In this document: positions 1 through 13,320 of the stretch, piece after piece
Position numbering within the stretch: position 1 is the first letter of the stretch
Layout of the letters: every line of letters begins with the position of its first letter
DNA from: Octopus sinensis
Taxonomy: Eukaryota
DNA: 64,000 nucleotides
NCBI RefSeq assembly: GCF_006345805.1
Contig: NC_043021.1
Coordinates: 8,742,001-8,806,000 of the forward strand
Direction of reading: 5' to 3'
Made by a program: the position numbers and the translations under genes
The notes under the pieces: model-generated
Seen by the model: only the letters and a program-made list of their open reading frames with translations
What the model was told of the DNA's origin: nothing
The model's database searches: none

Positions 1-419
1 AGTTAGTTAGTTACTATTACTACTACTACTGCTCTCTGGCAACTAATAGTCAGCTGCTATTATATCTACGCCGTTCGTGCCGTTGTTATTGTTGTTAGTA
101 CTATTATCACCGACGTTACACATCCACCAATCAGCTGCCATTGTTACAGCTACTGTTGATAGTACTACTGCTATTACAGCTGCTAGTCAGCTGCTCTTTC
201 TGTGCTGATGTGGTAGCAGCAGCAGCAGCAGTAGTAGTTGTTATTATTTCTACAGTAAAAATCAATACACATCAGTTGACTAATTCCACAGTTTATTTTT
301 AGAAGTTCTTCTTTGCCATTCAAATTTTCTTCTCTGCCATTCAAATAGCCCAGCCAAAATCTCGTTCTTATTTTCGGTCTCCATACAGTTCTTATATGCT
401 GTCTGTCTACTCTCTTCTA

Positions 420-486
420 GTATATTATATCATATTAATATTATATTATATTATATTATATTATACTATATTATACTATATTATAT
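420..486. repeat. (ATATT)n degenerate pentanucleotide microsatellite
   Basis: Repeated tatta/atatt units; explains the Y/I-rich part of ORF 396..740. Confidence 0.8.
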
Positions 487-546
487 TGTGTGGTATTGTG
501 CCTTCTTATTGTTCGTCTGTCCCTTGTGTTGCTTGTCCACTAGGTT

Positions 547-645
547 GTGTCCCTACCGTGTCCACTGTTGTATCCCTACCGTGTCCACTGTTGTGTCCCC
601 CAGCGTGTTCACTATGTTATGTCCCCACCGTGTTCACTATGTTGT
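547..645. repeat. 23-25 bp minisatellite (gtgtccctaccgtgtccactgtt-like units)
   Basis: About four adjacent imperfect copies; explains the C/V/P-rich part of ORF 396..740. Confidence 0.75.
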
Positions 646-1030
646 GTTGCCATTGTATAGTGTTCATTATTCTGTGTCTCCCTTACATTGTGTTACGTCT
701 CCACGCCATTGTAATATGGTGGATTGGCAAAATTGCTTGAGCGTTGGTCAAAATGTCTTGCCCGTCAACGTTGTCTTTTTTTCTTCCTGGATCGATATGA
801 AAATACACCAGTGAAGCATTTTTGACCTTCTCTCTTCAAATTTTAAGCAGTGCACTTACTGTAGAAAGAATTATTGTGTCGTAGTGTGTTGTGCAGGCCA
901 CACTTTTATTGACGCCATTTTACAGTTAAATTTAATATTTTCAGTTCTTTCCATCTCAGTTTTAAGTCTTGTATAAGCGTATGCCTGAGTATAAATGTGA
1001 TGAAATATCTGTTAATCTTTATCTGTTTAT

Positions 1031-1051
1031 GTATGTATGTATGTATGTATG

Positions 1052-1110
<59 letters not shown>

Positions 1111-1118
1111 TGTGTGTG
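1031..1118. repeat. (TATG)n(TG)n compound microsatellite
   Basis: Direct inspection. Confidence 0.9.
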
Positions 1119-1496
1119 CAGCGCCAATTTTTTTTTCAATACAGAAGCTTAGTTGTCTGTCAAATTATCCAACCTAATACATTTTTGGATCCACAAGCAA
1201 CGAGTGAGTGAGTCTCTGCCAGAGTTGAACTTACGTGATATTAGCTTCTTTGCATACAGGGAAAAAGACATGATAATCTTGGCTGGAATACTTTTGATCA
1301 AAAGTGCGTTCCGTTGAGGTTGACCAGGGGTTAAACAACAACAATTTGAAAACATATGAAGACTAGGGTACTGGGCGTGCTCCTTGATGTTACTCCTGTT
1401 TAGCCCTATATTGTCCGTGATCCAGTAAATCCATCATGAACTCCATCTCCTGGGATCTCGAAGACCTGAATATTTATCAATATTGGTTTCAAATAC

Positions 1497-1610
1497 TAAC
1501 GCAAGGCCAGCAGTTTCGGGGTAAGGAATAAGTCGATTATATCGACCCCAGTGTTTAACTGGTACTTATTTTGTCGAACTCGTAAGAATTTGAACTCAGG
1601 GTAAAGGTAT
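1497..1610 (-). mobile_element. SINE family C remnant, internally deleted
   Basis: Matches the reverse complement of the family C body (gtcgattatatcgaccccagtg...ggtacttat...gaatttgaactcag). Confidence 0.6.
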
Positions 1611-1640
1611 TTATCTGCCTTCATTCTTTTAATGTCGAGA

Positions 1641-2030
1641 GGAGTGGCTGTGTGGTAAGTAGCTTGCTAACCAACCACATGGTTCCGGGTTCAGTCCCAC
1701 TGAGTGGCACCTTGGGCAAGTGTCTTCTACTATAGCCTCGGGCCGACCAAAGCCTTGTGAGTGGATTTGGTAGACGGAAACTGAAAGAAGCCCGTCGTAT
1801 ATATGTATATATATATGTATGTGTGTGTTTGTGTGTCTGTGTTTTTCCCCCCACCATTGCTTGACAACCAATGCTGGTATGTTCACGTCCCGTCACTTAG
1901 CGGTTCAGCAAAAGATACTGATAGAATAAGTACTAGGCTTACAAAGAATAAGTCCTGGGGTCGATTTACTCGACTAGAAGGCGGTGCTCCAGCATGGCCG
2001 CAGTCAAATGACTGAAACAAGTAAAAGAGA
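1641..2030 (+). mobile_element. SINE family A (tRNA-derived head, CORE-like CTTGGGCAAGTG domain, internal TA/TG microsatellite, (GTAAAAGA)n-type tail)
   Basis: A-box-like TGGCTGTGTGG and B-box-like GGTTCAGTCC; near-identical to more than 15 other copies in the window. Confidence 0.9.
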
Positions 2031-2275
2031 TAAAAGAAAGAGATAATAATAACGAAGAAAGGGTTTTTCTCGAATTATCTTTGGTGCACCCATCTTGTTT
2101 CTGTATAAAAACAGGCTTTTAAAATATTAACACTAGAAAATAAATTTGTGCATGAAATAGTTTGTAGTTTATCGTCGATTTCTAGCTAATAAAATCATTC
2201 AATATTAAAAGATAAAAGAAGGCAAACTACTTCGTTCCCAATTAATATAAATATTGATATTTAAATGTGTACTGG

Positions 2276-2658
2276 GAAGCACTCCATCGGATACGACGAC
2301 GAGGGTTCCGGTTGATCCGAATCAACGGAACAGCCTGCTCGTGAAATTAACGTGTAAGTGGCTGAGCACTCCACAGACACGTGTACCCTTAACGTAGTTC
2401 TTGGGGCTATTCAGCGTGACACAGAGAGTGACAAGGCCGGCCCTTTGAGATACAGGTACAACAGAAACAGGAAGTAAGAGTGAGAGAAAGTTGTGGTGAA
2501 AGAGTACAGCAGGGATCACCACCATCCCCTGCCAGAGCCTCGTGGAGCTTTAGGTGTTTTCGCTCAATAAACACTCACAACGCCCGGTCTGGGAATCGAA
2601 ACCGCGATCCTATGACCGCGAGTCCGCTGCCCTAACTACTGGGCCATTGCGCCTCCAC
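2276..2658 (-). mobile_element. SINE family B, full length (tRNA-like head GTGGAGGCGCAATGGCCCAG)
   Basis: A box TGGCCCAGTAG and B box GTTTCGATTCC on the minus strand; near-identical to copies at 9470, 10021, 39127 and 55173. Confidence 0.9.
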
Positions 2659-2895
2659 CACACACACACACACGCACACAGACACGTATTATTGGTAACT
2701 AAAACTTCAGAAATCGTTCCACCGTATTTTCGAACGATTATTTAAATGGAATTCAAAATTTAGTTTATAATCTGAATACAATAAAACAGTTTATCAAAAT
2801 AATCGGTTTGTGGATTCAATTAGCAGATGTAAAAGATTGGATAATGATGTAACTTTAGTTTGAAAAATGGTGTGTGTGTGTTGTATTACTTTTAT

Positions 2896-2915
2896 ATCTA
2901 TCTATCTATCTATCT

Positions 2916-2965
<50 letters not shown>

Positions 2966-2971
2966 CATCTA

Positions 2972-3037
<66 letters not shown>

Positions 3038-3088
3038 ATATATATATATATATATATAGGTGAGAGTTATATATATATATATATATAT
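2896..3088. repeat. (TATC)n(TC)n(TA)n compound microsatellite
   Basis: Direct inspection. Confidence 0.9.
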
Positions 3089-3488
3089 ACTCTTTTACTC
3101 TTTTAGTTGTTTCAGTCATTTGACTGCGGCCATGCTGGAGCACCGCCTTTAGTCCGAGCAAATCGACCCCGGGACTTATTCTTTGTAAGCCCAGTACTTA
3201 TTCTATCGGTCTCTTTTGCCGAACCGCTAATAAGTGACGGGACGTAAACACACCAGCATCGGTTGCTAGGGGGACAAATACAGACACACAAACACATACA
3301 CACACACATAAATATATACATATATACGACGGGCTTCTTTCAGTTTCCGTCTACCAAATCCACTCACAAGGCATTGGTCGGCCCGGGGCTAGAGCAGAAG
3401 ACACTTGCCCAAGATGCCACGCAGTGGGACTGAACCCGGAACCATGTGGTTGGTTAGCAAGCTACTTACCACACAGCCACTCCTGCGC
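3089..3488 (-). mobile_element. SINE family A, full length
   Basis: Reverse complement of the family A consensus. Confidence 0.92.
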
Positions 3489-3534
3489 TTTATATATATA
3501 TGTATGTGTGTGTATATATGTGTGAGTGGTTGTT

Positions 3535-3579
<45 letters not shown>

Positions 3580-3673
3580 AAGTTTATGTGCGCGCTTGTG
3601 TGTGTATACAAATCTATATACATATATGTAAAAAAAAAGATAACAAAACAAAACGTGTAAAGAAAAGAAATCT

Positions 3674-4066
3674 AGGAGTGGCTGTGTGGTAAGTAGCTTG
3701 CTTACCAACCACATGGTTCTGGGTTTAGTCCCACTGCGTGGCACCTTAAGCATGTGACTTCTGCTATAGTCTCGGGCCGACCAATGCCTTGTGAGTGGAT
3801 TTGGTAGACGGAAACTGAAAGAAGCCTGTCGTATATATGTAAATGTATGTGTGTGTATACGTTTGTGTGTCTGTGTTTGTCCCCGCCAACATCGCTTGAC
3901 AACCGATGCTGGTGTGTTTACGTCCCCGTAACTTAGCGGTTCGGCAAAAGAGACCGATAGAATAAGTAGTAAGGCTTACAAAGACAAAGTCCGGGGGGCG
4001 ATTTGCTCGACTAAAGGCGTTGCTCCAGCATGGCCGCAGTCAAATGACTGAAACAAGTAAGAGAGT
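3674..4066 (+). mobile_element. SINE family A, full length
   Basis: Matches family A; inverted head-to-head relative to 3089-3488. Confidence 0.92.
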
Positions 4067-5612
4067 TTTTCCAAATACGTGGCTTCCCCCCTGTGGACGC
4101 AGTTATTAAAAGGTGGGTACAATAATTTTCAACGAGATTAGAAAATCGAATAAAATCGAATTTATAAGGAAAAAGATGCTTAGCATTAATATATTTAATT
4201 TTTTTTCTTTACTTATTACTAAGTTGTTAGCATTTCTAGTCGATGGCATCGTTGGCAATCATGTATGGCACTGTTTCGTTAATTTTAGTAATTGTCAAAG
4301 CAATAGAACGTAATCTATTGATTACCTTAAAACATCGTTTTAGTCAGGAATGATTAATCTTTAAATAAACTCTTCTTGATATTTAATGATTCATGTAAGT
4401 GTCAGTGGGGATTACCTTAAACCTTGGACATGTCGAAGATCAAACCTCTAAGTTTTGATGGCTAGTTCAATTCAGAGCTTATCTTTAGCGGACGAAATAA
4501 CAGGTGGATCTTTTCGGTTTGTCCGGCAGTTTTTAAAAATAATTTCCACGTAGCTAAACACTTTTAAACTTCGTATACTGGTAGAATGTGTTTATAAAAC
4601 ATCTTTTTCTCTTGGCCTTATTGAGAAAATTCTATAGTTTGTAAAATATTTGTTGGGGTTTTTTTCTTCAATTTCTGCAATTTCAACAAATCAATGACGT
4701 CCACTGAGGTAAAAAACATTCTGTGCCGTATGAATATGTCCCTCGTTTAAGAAACAGATTCGGTTTATTTACATTTGTGAAGAAAAAAAGATACTCTTCC
4801 CCCCACCCCTAACCCTAACCCTAAAACAGATTGAAATGCAATAGATCGATACTAGGGTCATCATTATGGGTGACAATTTCAAAGATCCTAACAGGTTCCA
4901 GATACAAATATTCCCGGAACAGAACGAGAAGTTATAAAATTCAATCCTAAGTTCTGTTACGTGAGTTATTATATTAAATCTGAATTGTTCTTGTAGCCTT
5001 ATCTCATATAGTTGGATATGTTGACTCCGTGTTTCTAATTTCTACTGATCTAATTTCTATAAGAAAACCTCCAACAAAACAGGCGAAACCGGCTGCGGAA
5101 GACAATTATAAAAAAAAAATCTGATAGAATTTTAATCAAAGTTTGACAACTTTATGGATATGCGAGTATTGGAAAATACCCCACGGAGTGATGACTGTGC
5201 CCGGCATGGTTACGAGCTGCCCTTTGGCAATACATGGTACCCGTTCGGTTCGCATTCCAGGGATACGGCGAAGTCATTGGACTGCAGCATGGTGGATTGT
5301 GAAGAGATAGCAGAAGAGCTTAAGTTGAGTAGAGGAATCTTAGAAAATCAAAGACCAGGATAACCAAACTCTCTCAAGAGAGTAACTGCAACGAATCCAT
5401 AGGGATGGTGTCCATGGTTGCGCAATCAGCTAATGAAAGAACCACTATGACTCAAGATCCTAATTGATATTCATAATAATGGAATTGGATAGCGACAGAG
5501 AGTCACCGACATCTGCGAAAGTAGCGAAAAGAAAAGGACATCTTTGGTAAGAATGGGGTTTGGCTAATAAGGGTTAAAAATCACAAAAATAATTTTAAGA
5601 AAATAAACTGTA

Positions 5613-6020
5613 GGCGCAGGAGTGGCTGTGTGGTAAGTAGCTTGCTAACCAGCCACATGGTTGCGGGTTCAGTCCCACTGCGTGGCATCTTAGGCAAGTG
5701 TCTTCTGCTATAGCCCCGGGCCGACCAATGCCTTGTGAGTGGATTTGGTAGACGGAAACTGAAAAAAGCCTGTCGTATATATGTATATATATATATGTAT
5801 TTGTTTGTGTGTCTGTGTTTGTTCCCCTAGCATTGCATGACAACCGATGCTGGTGTGTTTACGTCCCCGTCACTTAGCGGTTCGGCAAAAAAGAGACCGA
5901 TAGAATAAGTACTGGGCTTACAAAGAATAAGTCCCGGGGTCGAGTTGCTCGATTAAAGGCGGTGCTCCAGCATGGCCGCAGTCAAATGACTGAAACAAGT
6001 AAAAGAGAAAAGAGAAAGAG
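5613..6020 (+). mobile_element. SINE family A, full length, flanked by a 117-bp direct repeat
   Basis: Family A match; flanks 5497-5613 and 6021-6137 differ at 8 positions. Confidence 0.92.
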
Positions 6021-7371
6021 AGAGAGTCATCGATATCTACGAAAGCAGCGAAAAGAGAAGGACATCTTTGGTGAGAATGGGGTTCGGCTAATAAGGGTTA
6101 AAAATCACAAAAATAATTTTAAGAAAATAAACTATAGTGATATATAGTGATAACACTGATCGGTGGATGGTTAATCCAAATATCTTGTTTCACGAAAGAC
6201 AGAAGACAAGGAAAATAGCATGTTGAATGAAATCGGATATAATGATTCGCTTCGTTTTTAATCTGGACATGACACAAACAGATAAACATGGCCTCTATTT
6301 GCTTCCAATCCTCTTTAACAATATCCAGAATTGCTTCATGCTGGTCGAAGTACTTCTCATCGACTCTACCTACATTTTCAAAACCAAAACATTTGCTGCC
6401 AAAATCGATCAGTTGACCGATTCCGTTTGAAGTCTCTCTGAATCACTCCATTCATGGCATTTCGCTGCTTTTCATTACAATAAACCATGATCGATTAGTC
6501 TGTTGATTGTGTTTTCCCAAACCACTTCTGCAAGTAACTGACTCCAACGAAAGCCGAATAGCTTTAAATTTCACTCCTTTGTTAACGTTCGTTCAGATTC
6601 ATTATTCTATGTTTATAGCTTCCATCTTTTTCCATCGTAATACTGTTTATATTTATTGTATTCAATTTTAAATTCGATTCTGTATTTTATATTTTTTTTA
6701 TATTTTTTAATTCTTTTTTTTTTTTCATTGCAGTTTGATGTTCATTTTGATTTCTTTTATTGTTCCTCCCCCTCATTTGCCAACATCCCGTCTATCTATT
6801 TCCTATTCAAAGGCATCAGCTTCATGTTCACCAAACACGGTTATGTTAATTATTTGCCACTCTGAAATTCTGTTTATTAAAATCATTTTCTACAGCCACA
6901 AGGGAAAAATGGCCGACAATTTTATTGAATTCTCTCACCCCCCTCTTTCCTACCCCCTCTCTGTCGTTTTCATTTTATGGAACTTAGCTTCTGTTACTTC
7001 CTCATTGACCTTCAAAGTTAGTATTGTTGGAACACGATAAAAGTGTTAAAAAATTAATCTATCTTAAAATCTTATCTAAGTTATCCAACGACATTAAGTT
7101 TAGCTTTTGATTAATTCAACTTATCGCTTCTTTCACTATCGACCTATCTATTTGGTTGTCATTCTTAAATAAATTTATGGCGAATAACTGATTGAAAAGA
7201 TGATATCATCGTAATGAATAACTTAGGATATTAACTCTTGGCGTTTTGGGCGTCTTACGTTCTCGGATAAAATGCAACCATGCTTCACTTTTTCTTTGTC
7301 ATTTATACTCACGACATCGATGATACATCAACCATATATTGTGTCAATAACATATATTGTGCCAATAAAAA

Positions 7372-7645
7372 GTGGAGGCGCAATGGCCCAGCAGGGGGGG
7401 GGGGCGAACCCTGCTGTACTCTTTCACCACAACTTTCTCTCACTCTTACTTCCTGTTTCTGTTGTACCTGTATTTCAAGGGCCGGTCTTGTCACTCTCTG
7501 TGTCACGCTGAATATCCCCGAGAACTACGTTAAGGGTGCACGTGTCTGTGGAGTGCTCAGCCACTTACACGTTAATTTCACGAGCAGGCTGTTCCGTTGA
7601 TCGGATCAACTGGAACCCTCATCGTCGTAACCGACGGAGTGCTTC
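7372..7645 (+). mobile_element. SINE family B with an internal deletion in the head
   Basis: Head gtggaggcgcaatggcccag joins directly to caggggg of the body; flanked by attgtg(c/t)caat (7356-7366, 7648-7658). Confidence 0.88.
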
Positions 7646-9469
7646 CCATTGTGTCAATGCAACTGACAATATCCTTCTTCTAAAAGTGACCTTGCACATA
7701 CCCCCCTCCATCTTATTTTTGGGGATTGGGTATTAGATTATAGCAGCTTAGTTAATTGCTAGTGCATAGTTAATTCACAGTGGATTTCAGTTCCTAGCTT
7801 GGTACAGTTAATTTTCAAACATTTAGTCCAGGAAAAACAGAACAGTAACTGTTATATGTACAGGAACTTTAAAAGCCATTGATTAGCTCTTAGCTCAATG
7901 CACCTTATGCGAATGGAGAAATATTTAAGGATAGCTATTCCAGAACATTTAGTGCGAGGGTTAAGGAAGGGTTTTTAAAAAAAGCCCAAATGAAGAAGGG
8001 GGATGCGGTAAGTATATCAGATTAGTTTGGCTGAAGAAGGGGGTAAAAAGCTGGTTAGATCGAACGGGAAAAACTGGTCATCTCTGTGCTAGTGGTTATT
8101 GCATTCTATTTAACAGCTGGATGGTATGGCCACATTCAGATAATGTGTAAGCCGTTTGTGAGCGTAACAGCCACATTTTCATAGAATATTTCATGAAAAA
8201 GCATGGCTGTCCCAAACTAATACTTTGATGTCCAAATTTTAACATTACTCAATTCTAAGCGACATAGAGTGGTTTCCATTTTGTTTGTATGTTAAAAAAT
8301 TCTCTAAACATGTGTTTATCCGATGAGTTGAATATTAAATTATAGCAGCTTGGTTATTTGCTGGTACGTGGAGTCTAGTCACAATATCTATCCGAAGTTG
8401 CTACATAATGTGTAACGGTTGTTTTATAACCTCAAGGTTTCGCATTTTAAATATGTCTGAAAATTATGGAATTAGAAATTGACTCCGTCATAAATATTTA
8501 TGCATTTGACAAGAAAAGCTAAATTAGTATTACTAAACAACTATCATAAAGAAAAAGGAACGTTCAAATTATGGTGGCAAATATTTTTCGTGGCTACTAG
8601 CATTTCTGGCTCTGAAACTGGTGGACGAAATAATTCAAATGATAGTTTTTATAGGCGCAGCTGTCTCACTTTTGTTTTTGATAGAGTACAATAAATCATA
8701 AATTTTTCACTGAATTTCGTGCTGTATAGTAATATATATATGCTGTGTGTGTTTGTGTGTGTGTTACATAGCTTCACGAATTTTTTAGTTCAAAAATATT
8801 TAATCTATAGTTTGCAGCCTTCCAATATACATTCGTTATATTTTCAGATGTCTGCTTTTATTTTTATTTTTATTTACTTAGGCTTGTGGCTCTTTCATAA
8901 TTTATGATTAGAAAGTATGTCGTGTTTTTTTTTTTTTCTAGAGATTCGTAATGTTGTATTCTTAGTTTACGACACTACATAATTAGTTCTGATACCAAGA
9001 TTACTCATAAATCTACCCGTAAACACAAGCATAAATAACTTTGGGAATCTGCCAATTCGCTTCGCACACAGTATTCGTACACACGCTTATATACTTATAT
9101 ACTTACATATTAGGTTACCACAAAGTCCTGACACATTTTTGACAACCATATTGACGGTATTTTTTCAATATTTGGAGTAAAATAAACATTAAATTTTACA
9201 TTGCAGATTACTTTATACCAGAGTGGTCAAATTTGCATCGACTTTACCCTTTAAAAATGTGTTTAGATCAGACTCTTATCACACACACTGCATGCACTAC
9301 GAATTCAAAAGGGGCTTCTCAGCAATGGAAGCAGCGAGAAACATTCGTACTGTATGGAAATGAAGCCTTAAGCATCCGGTTATGCTCACAATGGTTTGAC
9401 CAGTTTTACTCGGACAATTTCTCTCTCGTAAATCCACCTCGATCTGGACGACCGAGTTCGGTCAATGGA

Positions 9470-9855
9470 TGGAAGCACTCCGTCGGTTACGACGATGAGG
9501 GTTCCGGTTGATCCGACCAACGGAACAGCCTGCTCGTGAAATTAACGTGTAAGTTGCCGAGCACTCCACAGACACGTGTACCCTTAACGTAGTTCTCGGG
9601 GATATTCAGCGTGACACAGAGAGTGACAAGGCTGGCCCCTTTGAAATACAGGTACAACAGAAACAGGAAGAAAGAGTGAGAGAAAGTTGTGGTGAAAGAG
9701 TACAGCAGGGATCACCACCATCCCCTGCCGGAGCCTCGTGGAGCTTTTAGGTGTTTTCGCTCAATAAACACTCACAACGCCCGGTTTGGGAATCGAAACC
9801 GCGATCCTACGACCGCGAGTCCGCTGCCCTAACCACTGGGCAATTGCGCCGCCAC
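9470..9855 (-). mobile_element. SINE family B inserted in the mariner, 11-bp TSD gttcggtcaat
   Basis: TSD at 9456-9466 and 9857-9867. Confidence 0.93.
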
Positions 9856-10020
9856 TGTTCGGTCAATATTGAATTTCTGAAAACTGTAGTTGAGAAAAAT
9901 CCAAGACAAAATTCACGAGAAATGGCTAAACAATTCAAGTCGAGTCATGCCCCGATTATAAGACACTTTGAACATGGAAAAGTGTCTAAATTCGGTCAAT
10001 GGGAGCCTTATCATCTAACA

Positions 10021-10401
10021 GTGGAGGCGCAATGGCCCAGTGGTTAGGGCAGCGGACTCGCGGTCGTAGGATCGCGGTTTCGATTCCCAGACCGGGCATT
10101 GTGAGTGTTTATTGAGCGAAAACACCTAAAGCTTCACAAGGCTCCAGCAGGGGGTGGTGGTGAACCCTGCTGTACACTTTCACCACAACTTTCTCTCACT
10201 CTTACTTCCTGTTTCTGTTGTAACTGTATTTCAAAGGGGCCAGCCTTGTCACACACTGTGTCACGCTGAATCTCCTCGAGAACTACGTTAAGGGTACACG
10301 TGTCTGTGGAGTGCTCAGCCACTTGCACGTTAATTCCACGAGCAAGCTGTTCCGTTGATCGCATCAGCTGGGACCCTCATCGTCGTAACCGACGGAGTGC
10401 T
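10021..10401 (+). mobile_element. SINE family B inserted in the mariner, 11-bp TSD tatcatctaac
   Basis: TSD at 10009-10019 and 10404-10414. Confidence 0.93.
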
Positions 10402-10949
10402 CCTATCATCTAACTTCTCAGCTCACTCAAAACATTGCTGCGTTGAAGAGTAAACTTACTACCAAATCTTTGTTGAATGAAATCATCAGAAGTGACGAAA
10501 ATTGGTTTCTCTATTATCATATCCAACAAAAATAACAGTAATTAGCACCCAATGAAAGTGAAGGGTCCATCTAGGACTACACCCGAAAGGTATGTTCTGT
10601 GTTTGTTGGAATATGAAGTGTGCCATTGAACATAAAATGATAAACAACCACGAAACAGTTGAGGCAGATAAGTATTGTCGTCAACTTGAAGCATTGCACA
10701 AAGATTTAAAGAAAATGTACTCATCGCTGGTCAATTATAAAGGGGCATTGTTCTTGCACGACAATGCAGTTCTACGTATTGGCCACGATTAGGACACTAA
10801 ATACAGAGGTTTTGCTTCATCCTTCTTCGTTCATTTGACTATCACTTTTTGACTAGATTGAAATATTACTCACTGAGAGAGGAAACAGTTCATTAACTGT
10901 GAAGAAGTTAAAAATGATATTGAGTGCTTCTTTGCTTCAAAGAAGGATG

Positions 10950-11270
10950 TGCTCAAAGCAAAGCTGTACAAGGCCCTATGTGCTGGACAAATCCCTTCAA
11001 TAGCACCGGCCTATCAGCGCTCTTATACTCAAGTGAGACGGAGGCCGAGACGAACAAGGAAGAATATCGACTGGCTACAACGCAAGGGGCCATAGAGAGA
11101 GCACTGCCATGAATATTATTGGGAGAGCATAATCAAATGAAGTAATTTGAGAATATATAAGCAATCACCCGAAGAGGTGCATTTTACACATTGGGCGTAA
11201 AATAATGATTATACGACATCTCGTCTATGCACAGAAGGTGTAAAAATGCATCGAAACAATTGTAGTGGTT
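10950..11270 (+). mobile_element. RTE-clade LINE remnant (C-terminal to the RT domain)
   Basis: FNSTGLSALLYSSETEAETNKEEYRLATTQGAIERAL resembles the RTE motif LFNSTVLPALLYGSETW...RL..TQRAMER. Confidence 0.65.
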
Positions 11271-11518
11271 TTAAATAAAGAATGTCGTTAATTCCATTTT
11301 CCATCATTTATCTATTCACATAAACTTTACAGATAATATGAAATTGCTGAAGTATATCCAATAACAAAAGTATTTCCACTGTATGATGGCATACTCTGGA
11401 CAAACATTGGACAGCATTTCACAACGTTTTTATCCAGATCTATGTGTGTGGTGCTATTAAGTTAGACATGGCCTGGACCAATCATTGGTCGAAACACATC
11501 TAAGTTTATCTAAGTTTT

Positions 11519-11519
11519 A

Positions 11520-11550
<31 letters not shown>

Positions 11551-11639
11551 ATATATATATGTATATATATATATAAGTATATATATATGTATATATATAT
11601 ATATGTATATATATATGTATATATATATATAAGTATATA

Positions 11640-11678
<39 letters not shown>

Positions 11679-11730
11679 AAAGTATATATATGTATATATA
11701 TATATGTATATATATGTATATATATATGTA

Positions 11731-11770
<40 letters not shown>

Positions 11771-11805
11771 TGTGTATGTATATGTATATGTATATATATA
11801 TATAA
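11519..11805. repeat. Long degenerate (TA)n/(TATG) microsatellite
   Basis: Direct inspection; source of the IY-repeat ORFs. Confidence 0.92.
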
Positions 11806-12543
11806 GCAGACAAATTCAATTATGTACACACGCACACACACACTCTACATGTATACATACGGATTTCAAATTGACATAGATACAGTAATTCATGTCTCCT
11901 ATCCATTTCTGTTCACCATTAATATTTCAGCACCAAACCATCTCCGGAAGTAAGAACTATCGTTTGCACCGTTGTGAACGTTCTAGCTCTTATTTTAAGC
12001 TATGAATATTTTATCAGTTTCCATAAGCTGTCTGTCGGTGTTTGTGATTTGGGGTAATCTGCGATAGCAAATGATTTTCCTATTGCATATAGTGAAAGGT
12101 GAACGTATATACTCACCCATACACACATACAAATACAATATACTTTCACGCACCTAGACAGATATACATGCATATATAAATACATAATCATTCATATACA
12201 CAGATATATATTTGTGTGTCTGTGCGTGTGTGTCATGCTCTTTCTAACCACATTATAATTCAATAATTCATAATGCATGTTGCGTATCAAAATTTTCACA
12301 AAATTATTTGGAGTTATTATTAGCTCTTCCTGTTCCTCATGCATTCTCCCTACCCTATACCTCGGACTTCTTACTGGTACTCTTCTTAGATGCTTACATA
12401 ATTACATCTAAAGAATCTTTAGCTGGGAAGCAGTGGGGTGGGGTCATGAACAAGAACAGCGCTTTGATTTAGAATTGGATGCGACCAAAAAATTATGTAT
12501 ATTTGTGTGTGGTGTGTGTGGTGTGTGTGTGTGGTGTGTATAT

Positions 12544-13086
<543 letters not shown>

Positions 13087-13320
13087 CACACACACACATG
13101 TGTGTGTATGTACGATAATATCTTGTAACAAACTTATAAGCGCCGCGTGAACTTGTAATCAACAGAAAATAAAAGAGTTTATGAATGCGGAAAGGCTGTG
13201 AGGACACCTTAGAGAATCGGGTAAATACCTTCCAGGAGACGGGAAAAAATGGCCAGCAAGCCTCAACAGGGAATCAAGCCCCGCAAATCTCAAATGCGCG
13301 CCCCCCCCATATATATATGA

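Larger units (their letters stand above)
9110..10945 (+). pseudogene. Decayed mariner (DD34D-type) transposon interrupted by two SINE-B insertions
   Basis: TA then TTAGGTT-type left end; translated pieces HCMHYEFKRG, YGNEALSIRLCSQWFDQFYSDNFSLVNPPRSGRP, GQWEPYHL (WVPHEL-like), IIRSDENW, ALFLHDNA, DYHF-like and EEVKNDIECFFASK; frameshifts and stops; no right TIR seen. Confidence 0.88.

Noticed and set aside
4807-4824. (CCCTAA)3 telomere-type repeat
   Set aside because: Only three units inside ordinary AT-rich sequence; too short to call an interstitial telomere or fusion scar, and may belong to a dispersed repeat
5050-5105. Hammerhead-like remnant (ctataaga...aggc-GAAAC-CGGC)
   Set aside because: Core and cleavage triplet both broken; cannot be supported
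6150-6450. Minus-strand GVIQRDFKRN and LIDFGS resembling kinase HRD and DFG motifs
   Set aside because: The two motifs are in different frames and only about 3 residues apart, far shorter than in kinases; no other subdomains seen
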